Shown in pieces: positions 45,289-54,523 of a DNA stretch of 64,000 bases. The stretch's first letter is position 1; each line of letters starts with the position of its first letter. The notes under the pieces are model-generated. The model was not told the origin of the DNA, made no database searches, and saw only the letters and a list, made by a program, of their open reading frames with translations. The DNA is from Methanobacteriota archaeon (lineage in GTDB: Archaea; Thermoplasmatota; Thermoplasmata; UBA10834), in assembly GCA_020725925.1 (NCBI GenBank), contig DYTN01000006.1, forward strand, positions 20,269 through 84,268, read 5' to 3'. The translations under genes were made by a program, and so were the position numbers.

Positions 45289-47550
45289 GTGAGGACGGAA
45301 AGGATACGATTTGCGGCACTGCTCGTGGCCGTGTTGACTGTGATAGCATCCGCGGGCTACTGGGGTCTTGCGGGATTTGGCTCCGAATCGAGCCATGGCC
45401 CGACGGGGCTCGCTGCTCCTTTGACCGGGAGTGTTTCGGCTATCGTGAATCCTGACAAGTTCGTGATGGCGGGGCTCGGAGAGCCGGACTATCTGGACCC
45501 GGCGGTCGACTATGAATACTCTGGTTGGCAAGTCATACAGAACGTCTACGAGACCCTGGTGTGGTACAACGGGTCCGACACTTCCGAGCTTGTGCCGCTG
45601 CTGGCGGATGAGGTGCCTACTCTCGCGAACGGCCTGATCTCGCCGGACGGCCTCGAGTACAGCTTCACCATCAAGAGCGGGATCGACTTCCATGATGGCA
45701 CCCCATTGACGGCGGACGATGTCGTCTATTCGATCCAGAGGGTGCTGAGGATCCACGATCCAAGCTCGATGAGCTGGGCGCTGGAGCAGGTCATGTCAGA
45801 CTATATCCAATACTACGTCGGCGCCACTGTCTCGGAGTACCTCGACTCCTCGTACAACGCGACCTGGGTCAGGGCGGTCCTCGAGCCCCTCGGATATGAC
45901 CACATCATAACCGAGGACGACGTCCAGGTCGTCGCCGAGGCGGCTGTGGAGAAGACCTCGCAGTGGGGCGTGCTGATGAGGCTGACCCACCCATATGCTG
46001 GGTTCCTCCAGGTCCTCGCCAGCCCCGTGGGCAGCATAGTCAGCCAGGACTATGTCGAGGCGCACGGAGGCATCGTCAACGCGGAGCACAACTATTGGAT
46101 GGATGTGCACACATGCGGCACAGGCCCATATCAGCTCGTGGATTGGTCCATCGGATATGGGATCAACCTCACGAGGTTCTCAGGCTACCACGGCAGCCTG
46201 CCCGCCGTGACCGATGTCCAGATCCTGAATGTCGGGGACGGCCTCCAGAGGATATCGATGTTGCAGGCAGGAGATGCGGATTTCGCGTACATACCGCGCA
46301 ATAACGAGTCGGATTTCTCGGGACCTAACTACACGATCCACAAGGGCAGTCCAGCCTTCGAATTGGGGTTCGCCGGCTTCAACTTCAACATAAATGAGGC
46401 GGCCGCTGCGGCGTACGGAAGCGACCTGCCCTGGGACTTCTTCCAGGACAAGAAGGTGAGGCAAGCATTTGCCCGCCTATACAACGCGACGCAGTTCATC
46501 GAGGATGCTATGGGTGGCAACGCCATCCAGCCGAATGGCCCCATCCCAAAGGACATGTGGGGGTACAACTCGAGCATTCCCGCCTATGCATACGATCTCG
46601 CGCAATCCGAGTCGCTCTTCCGGGAAGCCATCAACCCAGCCTCGGGCAACTCATGGTGGGACGACGGGTTCACAATTGCCCTGATATACAACGAAGGGAA
46701 CGGATACCGCGAGAACTTCAGCCTCATCCTGGAATCCTGTCTGGAGGGCCTCAACCCCAACTTCCACGCTACCGTAAACGCGCTCGATTGGCCTACCTAT
46801 CTGGCCCTACTGATAACCTACCCCTGCCCATTCGCGTTGTTCTGGCTCGGCTGGGCGCCCGACTATGCTGACCCTGACGACTACGTGGTGCCGTTCCTCG
46901 ACAGCTACTCAGGATACTTCCCGAACAGAATGAGCTACTCCAATGCAACCATCGATGCGCTCATATGGGCCGCTGCGGGCGAGACGGATCCTGTGGTGAG
47001 GTACGACCTCTACTCGCAGATATCCCTGTTGTGTTGGGATGACTGTCCGTACATCTGGATGTACCAGACCTGCAACTTCCACATCGAGCGGTCATGGGTG
47101 CAGGGGTACTACTTCAACCCGATGTACGGCGGCCTGTACTATGCCGCCATGTGGAAGGAGGAGCTGAACACACAGCCGACGGCGTTCTTCACAGTGTCGC
47201 CTCTCGTGGGCGATGTCTTCACGATCTACACCTTCGACGCATCGGGATGCTCCGATGCCGAGGACGTTGTTGACCTCCTCGAGGTCCGATGGGACTGGGA
47301 GAACGACAGCGTGTGGGACACCAGCTGGTCGACCGTCAAGGTGATAGACCATCAGTTCACCACTGCTGGCATCTATACGATCAAGCTCGAGGTCCGGGAC
47401 ACCGGCGCGCTCAACGATACGATGGAGATGGAGCTCGAGGTGGTTGAGCTGATCCCGGAGTTCTCGGGGCTGCTCGTGCCAGTTCTCACGATGGCCGCGT
47501 TGGTCCTGCTGATCCGCTGGCGGAGGCGTCGGGAGCCTGCTCACTGCTAG
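45289..47550 (+). CDS. Family 5 ABC substrate-binding protein (DppA/OppA-like) with PKD domain and PEF-CTERM anchor
   Basis: 'LDPAVDYE...NVYETLV', 'FHDGTPLTADDVVYSI', 'GTGPY', 'W..DY.DPD'; PKD 'FDASG.SD...RWDWENDSVWD'; C-terminal IPEF, TM and RRRR. Confidence 0.85.
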   Translation: MRTERIRFAALLVAVLTVIASAGYWGLAGFGSESSHGPTGLAAPLTGSVSAIVNPDKFVMAGLGEPDYLDPAVDYEYSGWQVIQNVYETLVWYNGSDTSELVPLLADEVPTLANGLISPDGLEYSFTIKSGIDFHDGTPLTADDVVYSIQRVLRIHDPSSMSWALEQVMSDYIQYYVGATVSEYLDSSYNATWVRAVLEPLGYDHIITEDDVQVVAEAAVEKTSQWGVLMRLTHPYAGFLQVLASPVGSIVSQDYVEAHGGIVNAEHNYWMDVHTCGTGPYQLVDWSIGYGINLTRFSGYHGSLPAVTDVQILNVGDGLQRISMLQAGDADFAYIPRNNESDFSGPNYTIHKGSPAFELGFAGFNFNINEAAAAAYGSDLPWDFFQDKKVRQAFARLYNATQFIEDAMGGNAIQPNGPIPKDMWGYNSSIPAYAYDLAQSESLFREAINPASGNSWWDDGFTIALIYNEGNGYRENFSLILESCLEGLNPNFHATVNALDWPTYLALLITYPCPFALFWLGWAPDYADPDDYVVPFLDSYSGYFPNRMSYSNATIDALIWAAAGETDPVVRYDLYSQISLLCWDDCPYIWMYQTCNFHIERSWVQGYYFNPMYGGLYYAAMWKEELNTQPTAFFTVSPLVGDVFTIYTFDASGCSDAEDVVDLLEVRWDWENDSVWDTSWSTVKVIDHQFTTAGIYTIKLEVRDTGALNDTMEMELEVVELIPEFSGLLVPVLTMAALVLLIRWRRRREPAHC

Positions 47551-47616
47551 CACGGCTCGTCAGCGAGGCGTGTAGCCGCGAACGCTTAATGTACGGAAGT
47601 GTACGTCTAGCGCTCG

Positions 47617-48741
47617 ATGTTCCCTGAGAGAGTCTCCTCGCTCAAGGTCTCTGGCATACGCAAGCTGTTCGAGGCCGCGCCTCCAGGGTCGATCAACCTG
47701 GGCCTGGGCGAGCCGGACCTACAGCCCCCGCCCGAGATGATCAAGGGGTTCGTCGACGCGCTGGAGAAAGGGTACAACAAGTACGGACCTAGCGCGGGGA
47801 TAATGGAGCTCAGGGAGGCCATCGCTGCGTACTTGAGGCGTTACAGGCGGGATGTGACCTTCGAGAACGTGATCGTCACCGCGGGTGCGACCGAGGGCAT
47901 GAGGATCGCCTGCGAGACGATCCTGGGCGAGGGCGACGAAGCGCTCGTGCCCAACCCGGGGTTCATCATCTACGGTCCAGACGTGAGGCTCGCAGGTGGG
48001 AAGGCGAAGGAGTACTCCCTCCGCGCGGAGAACCGCTACCTGCCGGACATCGAGGAGATCAAGTCCCTCATCACTCCGAGGACGAAGGCGATACTGGTGA
48101 ACAGCCCGTCGAACCCCACGGGCGCTGTGTTCCCGAGGGAGACGGTCAAAGCCCTGAGCGATATCGCGAAGGATCACAGGCTCTACATCCTCTCGGATGA
48201 GGTGTACGACAGCTTCGTCTACGAGGGCGAGCACCTGTCGTTCGCGAGGTTCCACAACGACACCATCATAGTCCAGTCGTTCTCCAAATCGTTGGCTGCG
48301 ACAGGGTGGAGGATCGGGTACGTGGCCACATCGAAGGAGATCGTCCAGCAGCTCTCCAAGGTGCAGTACTACACCCTCGCGTGCCCACCCACGGCGACGC
48401 AGTACGGCGTGCTCGAGGGGCTCAAGGTCATTGACAGGTTCCAGGAGGAGATGATTGCTGAGTTCAGGAAGCGGCGGGAGGTCGCCATGAGGAAGATCTC
48501 CGAGATCCCGAGCTTCGCGAACGCGCCCGTCAACGGAGCCTTCTACATGTTCCCGAAGTACGCCCAGAAGATGCCGTCGGAGAAGCTCGCGCTCAAGATA
48601 CTCGACATGGGCGTGATATGCGCGCCCGGGTCCGCATTCGGGTCCTCGGGCGAGGGACACATCAGGTTCTCGTACGCCAACTCGCAGGCGAACATCGCAA
48701 ACGGCTTGGACATCGTGAAGGCGTTCATGGCCAGGCTCTGA
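47617..48741 (+). CDS. PLP-dependent aminotransferase class I/II (aspartate aminotransferase-like)
   Basis: 'NSPSNPTG', 'SDEVY', 'SFSKSLAATGWRIG'. Confidence 0.95.
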   Translation: MFPERVSSLKVSGIRKLFEAAPPGSINLGLGEPDLQPPPEMIKGFVDALEKGYNKYGPSAGIMELREAIAAYLRRYRRDVTFENVIVTAGATEGMRIACETILGEGDEALVPNPGFIIYGPDVRLAGGKAKEYSLRAENRYLPDIEEIKSLITPRTKAILVNSPSNPTGAVFPRETVKALSDIAKDHRLYILSDEVYDSFVYEGEHLSFARFHNDTIIVQSFSKSLAATGWRIGYVATSKEIVQQLSKVQYYTLACPPTATQYGVLEGLKVIDRFQEEMIAEFRKRREVAMRKISEIPSFANAPVNGAFYMFPKYAQKMPSEKLALKILDMGVICAPGSAFGSSGEGHIRFSYANSQANIANGLDIVKAFMARL

Positions 48742-48789
48742 ATGGCGCCGACCAGCAGATTTATATTCGGTGCCATATCTTAAGGGACT

Positions 48790-50373
48790 ATGCCCGAGGG
48801 GGCAGCGCGGGGAGCGGGCGGGAACCACCGGCTGATGAGCCCCAAGGCGGCCTTCTCCGTGGCGAACAACGTCCTTGGGGCGGTCCTCGGGACGGCCGCG
48901 CTGGTTTTCATCGCGAAGAACATGGGCCCCGAGGTAATGGGCGTTCTTGGGTATACGATCGCCGCGATCGGCATCCTGAGCTTCCTGTCAGACTTCGGCG
49001 TGGGCTCGGTGCACGCGAACCACATCCGGAGCGGGGAGGACCTGGGCAAGTGCGTCGGCGCATATGCGATCATCAGGATCGTCCTCCTCGCGATATTCGC
49101 GATAGTCACATTCGCGCTGATCGAGCTCTGGAAGCATGGGTATCTGGGCGGGGCGATGCCGAACAGCTTCATCGTGATCGATTCGCTCCAGGTGTTCCTG
49201 GTCTACTACATCCTGCTGGGCATCAGCCAGATCGCGACCCACACCTTCGACGCTGTCGAGGAGGTCGCGAAGTCGCAAGTGCCAGCTCTTCTGGACGTGG
49301 TCGTCAGGGTGTCGTTCATCATCTATGTCTCGTTGTCCTCGCTGAGGACCGACCCGGAGGCTCCTGCGCTGCTGGCCACAGCGTACGCAGCGGGGATCAT
49401 CTCCTCGACCATCCTCGCTGCGATGCTCCTCAGGAACATCAGCATCAGCAGGCCGGACAGGGACATCCTGGTCAAGTACGTCACGTCCCTTGCACCTGTC
49501 TTCGTCATCTCCATGATCATCATCCTGGACCTCTACCTCGACAAGGTCCTTGTGGGATACTTCTGGGGGCCGTACGAGGTGGGGGTGTACTTCGGCGCGC
49601 AGAAGATGGCCATCTTCGTGGGGGTGTTCTCTCTGTCCGTGGCGACCATGATCCTGCCCTCTGTCACGACATACTTCACAAGAAAGGATGTCGCCGCGAG
49701 CTGGGATGTGGTCAACCAGGCCGAGCGGTATGTCTCGCTCATCGTGGTCCCCACGGCAGCGTTCTACCTCCTGTACGGAACAGACATCCTCAGGGTGTTC
49801 CTGACACCTGAGTTCGCCGAGTCTGTGCAGACCATGGATGTGCTCGTCATAGGCAGCACCATGGTCGCCCTCGTCCTGCCCCTGCGCTCGGCCATCGCGG
49901 GGGTCGGGAAGCACTCGACCCTGTTCTTCGTCGGCCTGGGAGGGCTCGCGCTCCAGCTGGCCATGCTCCTCGTCCTGGTCCCCGACGAGTTCCTGGGGGT
50001 CGAGATGCTCGGCATGAAGGGCCTTGGCGCGGCCTCTGCCCTGCTCGTCTCGTCGATATACTACTTCTTCGTCCTGAGGTACATGGCGTGGAAGACATCG
50101 AGGATAGTCCCGAGCTCGAGGTCGTTCAGGCATCTCGTGTCTGCTGGGTTCATGGTGGGCGTCCTGTATGTGATCGACTGGATGCTCATCCCGACGGTCG
50201 ACTGGCTCGCGCTCGTCCTGCTGGCTGTAGTCGCGACGGTGACATACGCCATCACTGCATATCTGATAGGCGAGCTCGACAGGGCCGACTACAGGTACTT
50301 TAGGTCGCTGCTGCATCCGCAGGACACATTCCAGTATGTCGTGAACGAGCTCCTAGGAAAGCGAGGGCACTGA
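48790..50373 (+). CDS. Oligosaccharide flippase (Wzx/RfbX, MOP superfamily)
   Basis: About 14 TM; 'KNMGPEVMGVLGY', 'DKVLVGYFWGPYEVGVYFGA'. Confidence 0.8.
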   Translation: MPEGAARGAGGNHRLMSPKAAFSVANNVLGAVLGTAALVFIAKNMGPEVMGVLGYTIAAIGILSFLSDFGVGSVHANHIRSGEDLGKCVGAYAIIRIVLLAIFAIVTFALIELWKHGYLGGAMPNSFIVIDSLQVFLVYYILLGISQIATHTFDAVEEVAKSQVPALLDVVVRVSFIIYVSLSSLRTDPEAPALLATAYAAGIISSTILAAMLLRNISISRPDRDILVKYVTSLAPVFVISMIIILDLYLDKVLVGYFWGPYEVGVYFGAQKMAIFVGVFSLSVATMILPSVTTYFTRKDVAASWDVVNQAERYVSLIVVPTAAFYLLYGTDILRVFLTPEFAESVQTMDVLVIGSTMVALVLPLRSAIAGVGKHSTLFFVGLGGLALQLAMLLVLVPDEFLGVEMLGMKGLGAASALLVSSIYYFFVLRYMAWKTSRIVPSSRSFRHLVSAGFMVGVLYVIDWMLIPTVDWLALVLLAVVATVTYAITAYLIGELDRADYRYFRSLLHPQDTFQYVVNELLGKRGH

Positions 50374-50422
50374 TCCCCGATTCGCTTATAGCGCGAGAGC
50401 GGGATTAGGACCACGCATACAC

Positions 50423-51685
50423 ATGCCGGATGATTTGCTGGTTCTTCGCGCATCGGAGCTCGTCACTCTGAAGGGCCCCAGGAGGGCGAGGGCGAAGGGC
50501 GAGATGTCCGAATTCTCCATCCTCAGGGACGGAGCCGTGGCCATCGCCGGGGGCGTGATCGTGGATGTCGGGAGGACGGAATCCATCCTGAGGGACCACG
50601 ACGCGACGGGCGTCGAGAGGATCGACGCCTCGGACAAGGTCGTGATGCCGGGGTTCGTCGACCCTCACACACACCTGGTCTACGCGGGCTCGCGCGAGTT
50701 CGAGCTGGAGCTCAAGGCGAAGGGCAAGACCTACCTCGAGATACTCCAGGAGGGCGGGGGCATACTCAGGACCGTCCAGGACACCCGGGCAGCAAGCAAG
50801 GAGGAGCTGTTCAGGCAGTCGGCGAGAAGGCTCGAGTCGATGATCGCCCACGGCACCACGACCGCGGAGGCCAAGTCCGGGTACGGGCTGGACAAAGCGG
50901 TCGAGCTCAGGATGCTCGAGACGATCAAGAAGCTGGGCGACGACTACCCAGCAGACCTGGTCCCCACCTACATGGGAGCTCATGCGGTGCCGCAGGAATA
51001 CGCGGGCAGAGCAGACGACTACCTGGACTTCGTGGTCTCGGACGTGATGCCCGAGGTCGCCCGGTGGAAGTTGGCGGAGTTCTGCGACGTCTTCTGCGAG
51101 AAAGGCGTGTTCGGGTATGAGCAGTCGAGGAAGGTCCTGCTCGCAGCGAAGGCCCTGGGCATGAAGCTCAAGGTCCACGCGGACGAGCTGCGCCCCTCTG
51201 GGGGGGCGGAGCTCGCGGCCGAGGTCGGAGCCATTTCCGCGGACCATCTCGCGAAGCCGTCCGATGACGGTATAATGGCGATGGCCAGGAAGGACGTGAT
51301 AGGCGTGCTGCTCCCGGGGACGCCGTACTCCTCGATGTCGAAGGACTATGCCGACGGCCGGAGGCTCATAGACCTCGGCGTTGCCATCGCGCTGGGCACG
51401 GACCTCAATCCGAACTGCTGGAACGAGTCGATGCAGTTCACGATAAGCCTGGCGTGCCACAAGATGCGCATGACCCCCGCGGAGGCCATCACCGCCTCCA
51501 CCATCAACGCGGCCGCGGCCCTGGGCATGGAGAAGAAGGTCGGGACGATCGAGGCCGGCAAGCGCGCAGACATCGTGATCCTGGACATACCGACGCACGC
51601 GCAGCTGCCGTACAAGTTCGGGACCAACCTGTGCTCCAGCGTGCTCAAGGACGGCGAGGTGGTCTGGGAGAGGCAGCCGTTCTAG
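50423..51685 (+). CDS. hutI: Imidazolonepropionase
   Basis: 'PGFVDPHTHLV', 'GGGILRTV..TR', 'HGTTT.EAKSGYGL', 'DVFCE', 'HADE', 'SADHL', 'TD.NP'. Confidence 0.92.
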   Translation: MPDDLLVLRASELVTLKGPRRARAKGEMSEFSILRDGAVAIAGGVIVDVGRTESILRDHDATGVERIDASDKVVMPGFVDPHTHLVYAGSREFELELKAKGKTYLEILQEGGGILRTVQDTRAASKEELFRQSARRLESMIAHGTTTAEAKSGYGLDKAVELRMLETIKKLGDDYPADLVPTYMGAHAVPQEYAGRADDYLDFVVSDVMPEVARWKLAEFCDVFCEKGVFGYEQSRKVLLAAKALGMKLKVHADELRPSGGAELAAEVGAISADHLAKPSDDGIMAMARKDVIGVLLPGTPYSSMSKDYADGRRLIDLGVAIALGTDLNPNCWNESMQFTISLACHKMRMTPAEAITASTINAAAALGMEKKVGTIEAGKRADIVILDIPTHAQLPYKFGTNLCSSVLKDGEVVWERQPF

Positions 51686-51784
51686 ACCACGAGCGGCTTA
51701 CATATATATGCGCGCAATCTCATGCTCGCGGAAAGGCCGGTTCGCCCAAGACCCGGCCTTGCTGGCGCACTCGGCAGTGGTCCC

Positions 51785-52825
51785 ATGGTCTCGGTCTGCA
51801 TGCTCACGGAGCTCGAGAGGTACAGGACCATCATCCCGTTCAAGAACCCCGGCGGCATGGGGACGAACGTGCCGATGGTCGCCAAGGAGCTGGAGCGCAT
51901 CGGGTGCCGGGTGCTCCTGAACGAGCCGAAGGGAGAGTACGACGTCCTGCACGTCCACAGCCCCCTGCCGGATTCCTTCATGTGGGCCCTCAGGCGGCGC
52001 AGGACGGGGAAGCCCCTCGTCGTCCATGGCAGACATCTGCCCGAGCTGATCAAGGGCGGCTTCAGGGGCGGCGCATGGGCATACCCGTTCGTTCGCGCGT
52101 ACTCCGTCAAGTTCTACAACCTTGGGACCGTGGTCGTCGGGGCGACGCCGTACGTCGTCAAGACGCTGGCCAAGGACGGCGTCAGGGGACCCTTCAAGGT
52201 CATCCCCAACGGCATCAACAGGGAGGTCTTCGTCAAAAACGAGGCGGAGGGGGCCAAGTTCAGGGAGCGCCTGGGCCTCTCGAAGACGGACAAGCTGGTG
52301 CTCTCGGTCGGTCTGCGGATACCGAGGAAGGGCGTGGACACCTTCGTCAACATGGCCTCCAAGCTGGCAGACAGGAAGGACGTGAAGTTCGTCTGGGTGG
52401 GGGCCTCGGAGGTCCTGCTGGAGGACGTGCTCGACCATATGTCCCCAGGAAACGTGCTGTTCCCAGGGCACGTGCCGTTCAGCGAGATTGTGGGCGTGTA
52501 CTCTGCAGCGGACGTGTTCGTGTTCCCGACCCTGGCGGAGAGCTACGGGAACGTGATGTTCGAGGCCGCGAGCTGCGGCTGCCCGCTCCTCATCAGGGAC
52601 ATCCCCGTGTACGAGGAGTGGGTCTACGAGGGCGAGCACTGCCTCAAGGCCAGGACCGACGACGAGTTCGCCCAGAAGCTCAGGATGATGCTCGACGACT
52701 CCTCGCTGCGGTCAAGGCTCGTCGAAGGCGCGAGGCTGCTGGCGGGCGAGCACGACATCAAGAAGACCGCCGTCATGCTCAAGGAGCTCTACGAGTCGCT
52801 CACATCCGGGAGGCATGGCGCGTGA
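51785..52825 (+). CDS. Glycosyltransferase family 4
   Basis: 'IPNGIN', 'KGVDTF', 'DVFVFPTLAESYGNVMFEAASCGCP'. The ORF track starts at 51722. Confidence 0.88.
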   Translation: MVSVCMLTELERYRTIIPFKNPGGMGTNVPMVAKELERIGCRVLLNEPKGEYDVLHVHSPLPDSFMWALRRRRTGKPLVVHGRHLPELIKGGFRGGAWAYPFVRAYSVKFYNLGTVVVGATPYVVKTLAKDGVRGPFKVIPNGINREVFVKNEAEGAKFRERLGLSKTDKLVLSVGLRIPRKGVDTFVNMASKLADRKDVKFVWVGASEVLLEDVLDHMSPGNVLFPGHVPFSEIVGVYSAADVFVFPTLAESYGNVMFEAASCGCPLLIRDIPVYEEWVYEGEHCLKARTDDEFAQKLRMMLDDSSLRSRLVEGARLLAGEHDIKKTAVMLKELYESLTSGRHGA

Positions 52826-53424
52826 TCGGGATAGGCCAGGACATCATCAGCCTGTTCGACGACCTGGGCGATGTCGGCATGCTGATGGCCATCGCCGTCA
52901 TCATTTGGATCGACGGCACGGCCTTCCCCACGCTTCCCGAGGCGTGGATGGTGTTCATCTTCGGGACCAACCCCGGCTCGTTCGCCTGGGGCGCGACGGT
53001 CGTCGTCGTGGCGAGCGTCGCCAGCCTGGCCGGCAACTTCACGCTGTACGCCCTCGTCAAGAAGGCCAAGCTGCCCGGGAGGATCCAGGAGGCGATGCGA
53101 GCTTACACCAACTGGCTCATCCTGAAGGACGAGCGGCTCTTGATACTGAACAGGTTCGCCCCGCTGATACCCTACACGGGCGCGTTCATCGCGGTGTGCA
53201 ACTGGAACGTGAGGAAGTGCGCTGTCTACATATTCGCCAGTGCGCTCGCGAAGTTCTCTGCCTACACCCTCATATTCTGGTTCAGCTTCGACAACCTGCG
53301 CGCAGAGGTCGCTCCGTGGGTGTCGCTTGCGGTGGTGGCCGTCGTGATCGGCGCCAGTGTTGCAGCCTCGCTCGCATACAAGAAGCGGCAGAAGGTCGGG
53401 GGTGAGCCGCAACGATCTCCGTGA
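52822..53424 (+). CDS. DedA/VTT-like membrane protein
   Basis: GTGA overlap with the GT4 stop; this is the C-terminal third of ORF 51454..53424. 'LNRFAPLIPY...A..NW', hydrophobic throughout. Confidence 0.65.
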   Translation: MIGIGQDIISLFDDLGDVGMLMAIAVIIWIDGTAFPTLPEAWMVFIFGTNPGSFAWGATVVVVASVASLAGNFTLYALVKKAKLPGRIQEAMRAYTNWLILKDERLLILNRFAPLIPYTGAFIAVCNWNVRKCAVYIFASALAKFSAYTLIFWFSFDNLRAEVAPWVSLAVVAVVIGASVAASLAYKKRQKVGGEPQRSP

Positions 53425-54515
53425 TCGTCCCGACATACAACGAGAAGGACAACCTCGACGAGCTCGTCCAGCGCATCAACTCCTCGTGCTCGAAAGCGGG
53501 CATCGAGTGCGAGATCGTCATAGTGGACGACAACAGCCCCGACGGCACGGGCGCGAAGGCAGAGGAGCTGGCCAAGAGCGCGAGGATGAAGGTGCTCCAC
53601 AGGGAGGGGAAGCTGGGGCTCTCCTCGGCGGTCCTCGAGGGCTTCAAGGTCGCCTCGGGGTCCGTCCTGGTGGTCATGGACGCCGACCTGAGCCACCCGC
53701 CGGAGAAGATCCCCGAGATGGTCTCGAAGATCGAGTCGGGCGAGGCCGAGCTCGTCGTCGGCAGCAGGTACATCAAGGGCGGCAGCGTCGAGAACTGGCC
53801 GTTGCGCAGGAAGGCGGTCTCAAAGGGCGCGACCTTCTTGGCTCGCTGGCTGACGAAGGTCAAGGACCCGATGTCCGGGTTCTTCGCCCTGAGCAGGTCC
53901 GTCATCGACGGCGTAGCTCTGAACCCCGTGGGCTACAAGATCGGCCTCGAGATCCTCGTGAAGGGCAAGTACGAGAAGGCTGCGGAGGTGCCCATACACT
54001 TCGCCGACAGGAAGGCGGGGAAGAGCAAGCTGGGCGGCACGGAGATGCTGAGGTACATCGACCATGTCAGCATGCTCTACGAGCACAAGCACCTCTGGCT
54101 GGGGAAGTACCTCAAGTTCGCCTTCATCGGAGGCATAGGCGCGCTCATCAACCTGGCGGTGCTCTGGGTGTCACACGAGGTCTTCTTCGTCCACTACCTG
54201 TGGGCCGCCGTGCTCGCGTTCGTGGTCGCGGACACGAACAACTACATCTGGAACAGGCTTTGGACATTCAAGTCCAAGGGCAAGATACACTTCCAGTACC
54301 CGCAGTTCCTCCTGGTCAGCGTGGACGGCCTGATGCTCAACCTCATCCTCCTCTGGGCGCTCGTGGAGGAGGTCTTCCCGGGGCTGGGCGTGCGGATGGA
54401 CAAGGCCTCTGTCATGCTCATTGTCGCGCAGGTCCTGGCCATATTCACCGTCAGCCTGTTCAACTTCTTCGCGAACTCCATATGGACCTTCGGCGGGGAC
54501 ATGCGAAAGGCGTGA
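53421..54515 (+). CDS. GT2 polyprenol-phosphate mannosyltransferase-like protein with GtrA domain
   Basis: 'VPTYNE', 'VDDNSPDGT', 'VMDADLSHPP', 'DPMSGFF', 'GYKIGLEIL'; C-terminal GtrA-like helices. Confidence 0.88.
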   Translation: MIVPTYNEKDNLDELVQRINSSCSKAGIECEIVIVDDNSPDGTGAKAEELAKSARMKVLHREGKLGLSSAVLEGFKVASGSVLVVMDADLSHPPEKIPEMVSKIESGEAELVVGSRYIKGGSVENWPLRRKAVSKGATFLARWLTKVKDPMSGFFALSRSVIDGVALNPVGYKIGLEILVKGKYEKAAEVPIHFADRKAGKSKLGGTEMLRYIDHVSMLYEHKHLWLGKYLKFAFIGGIGALINLAVLWVSHEVFFVHYLWAAVLAFVVADTNNYIWNRLWTFKSKGKIHFQYPQFLLVSVDGLMLNLILLWALVEEVFPGLGVRMDKASVMLIVAQVLAIFTVSLFNFFANSIWTFGGDMRKA

Positions 54516-54523
54516 GCCTGGGC

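Noticed and set aside
51454-52821. N-terminal two-thirds of the 656-aa ORF 51454..53424
   Set aside because: This is an off-frame shadow of hutI and GT4. Only 52822..53424 looks like a real protein.
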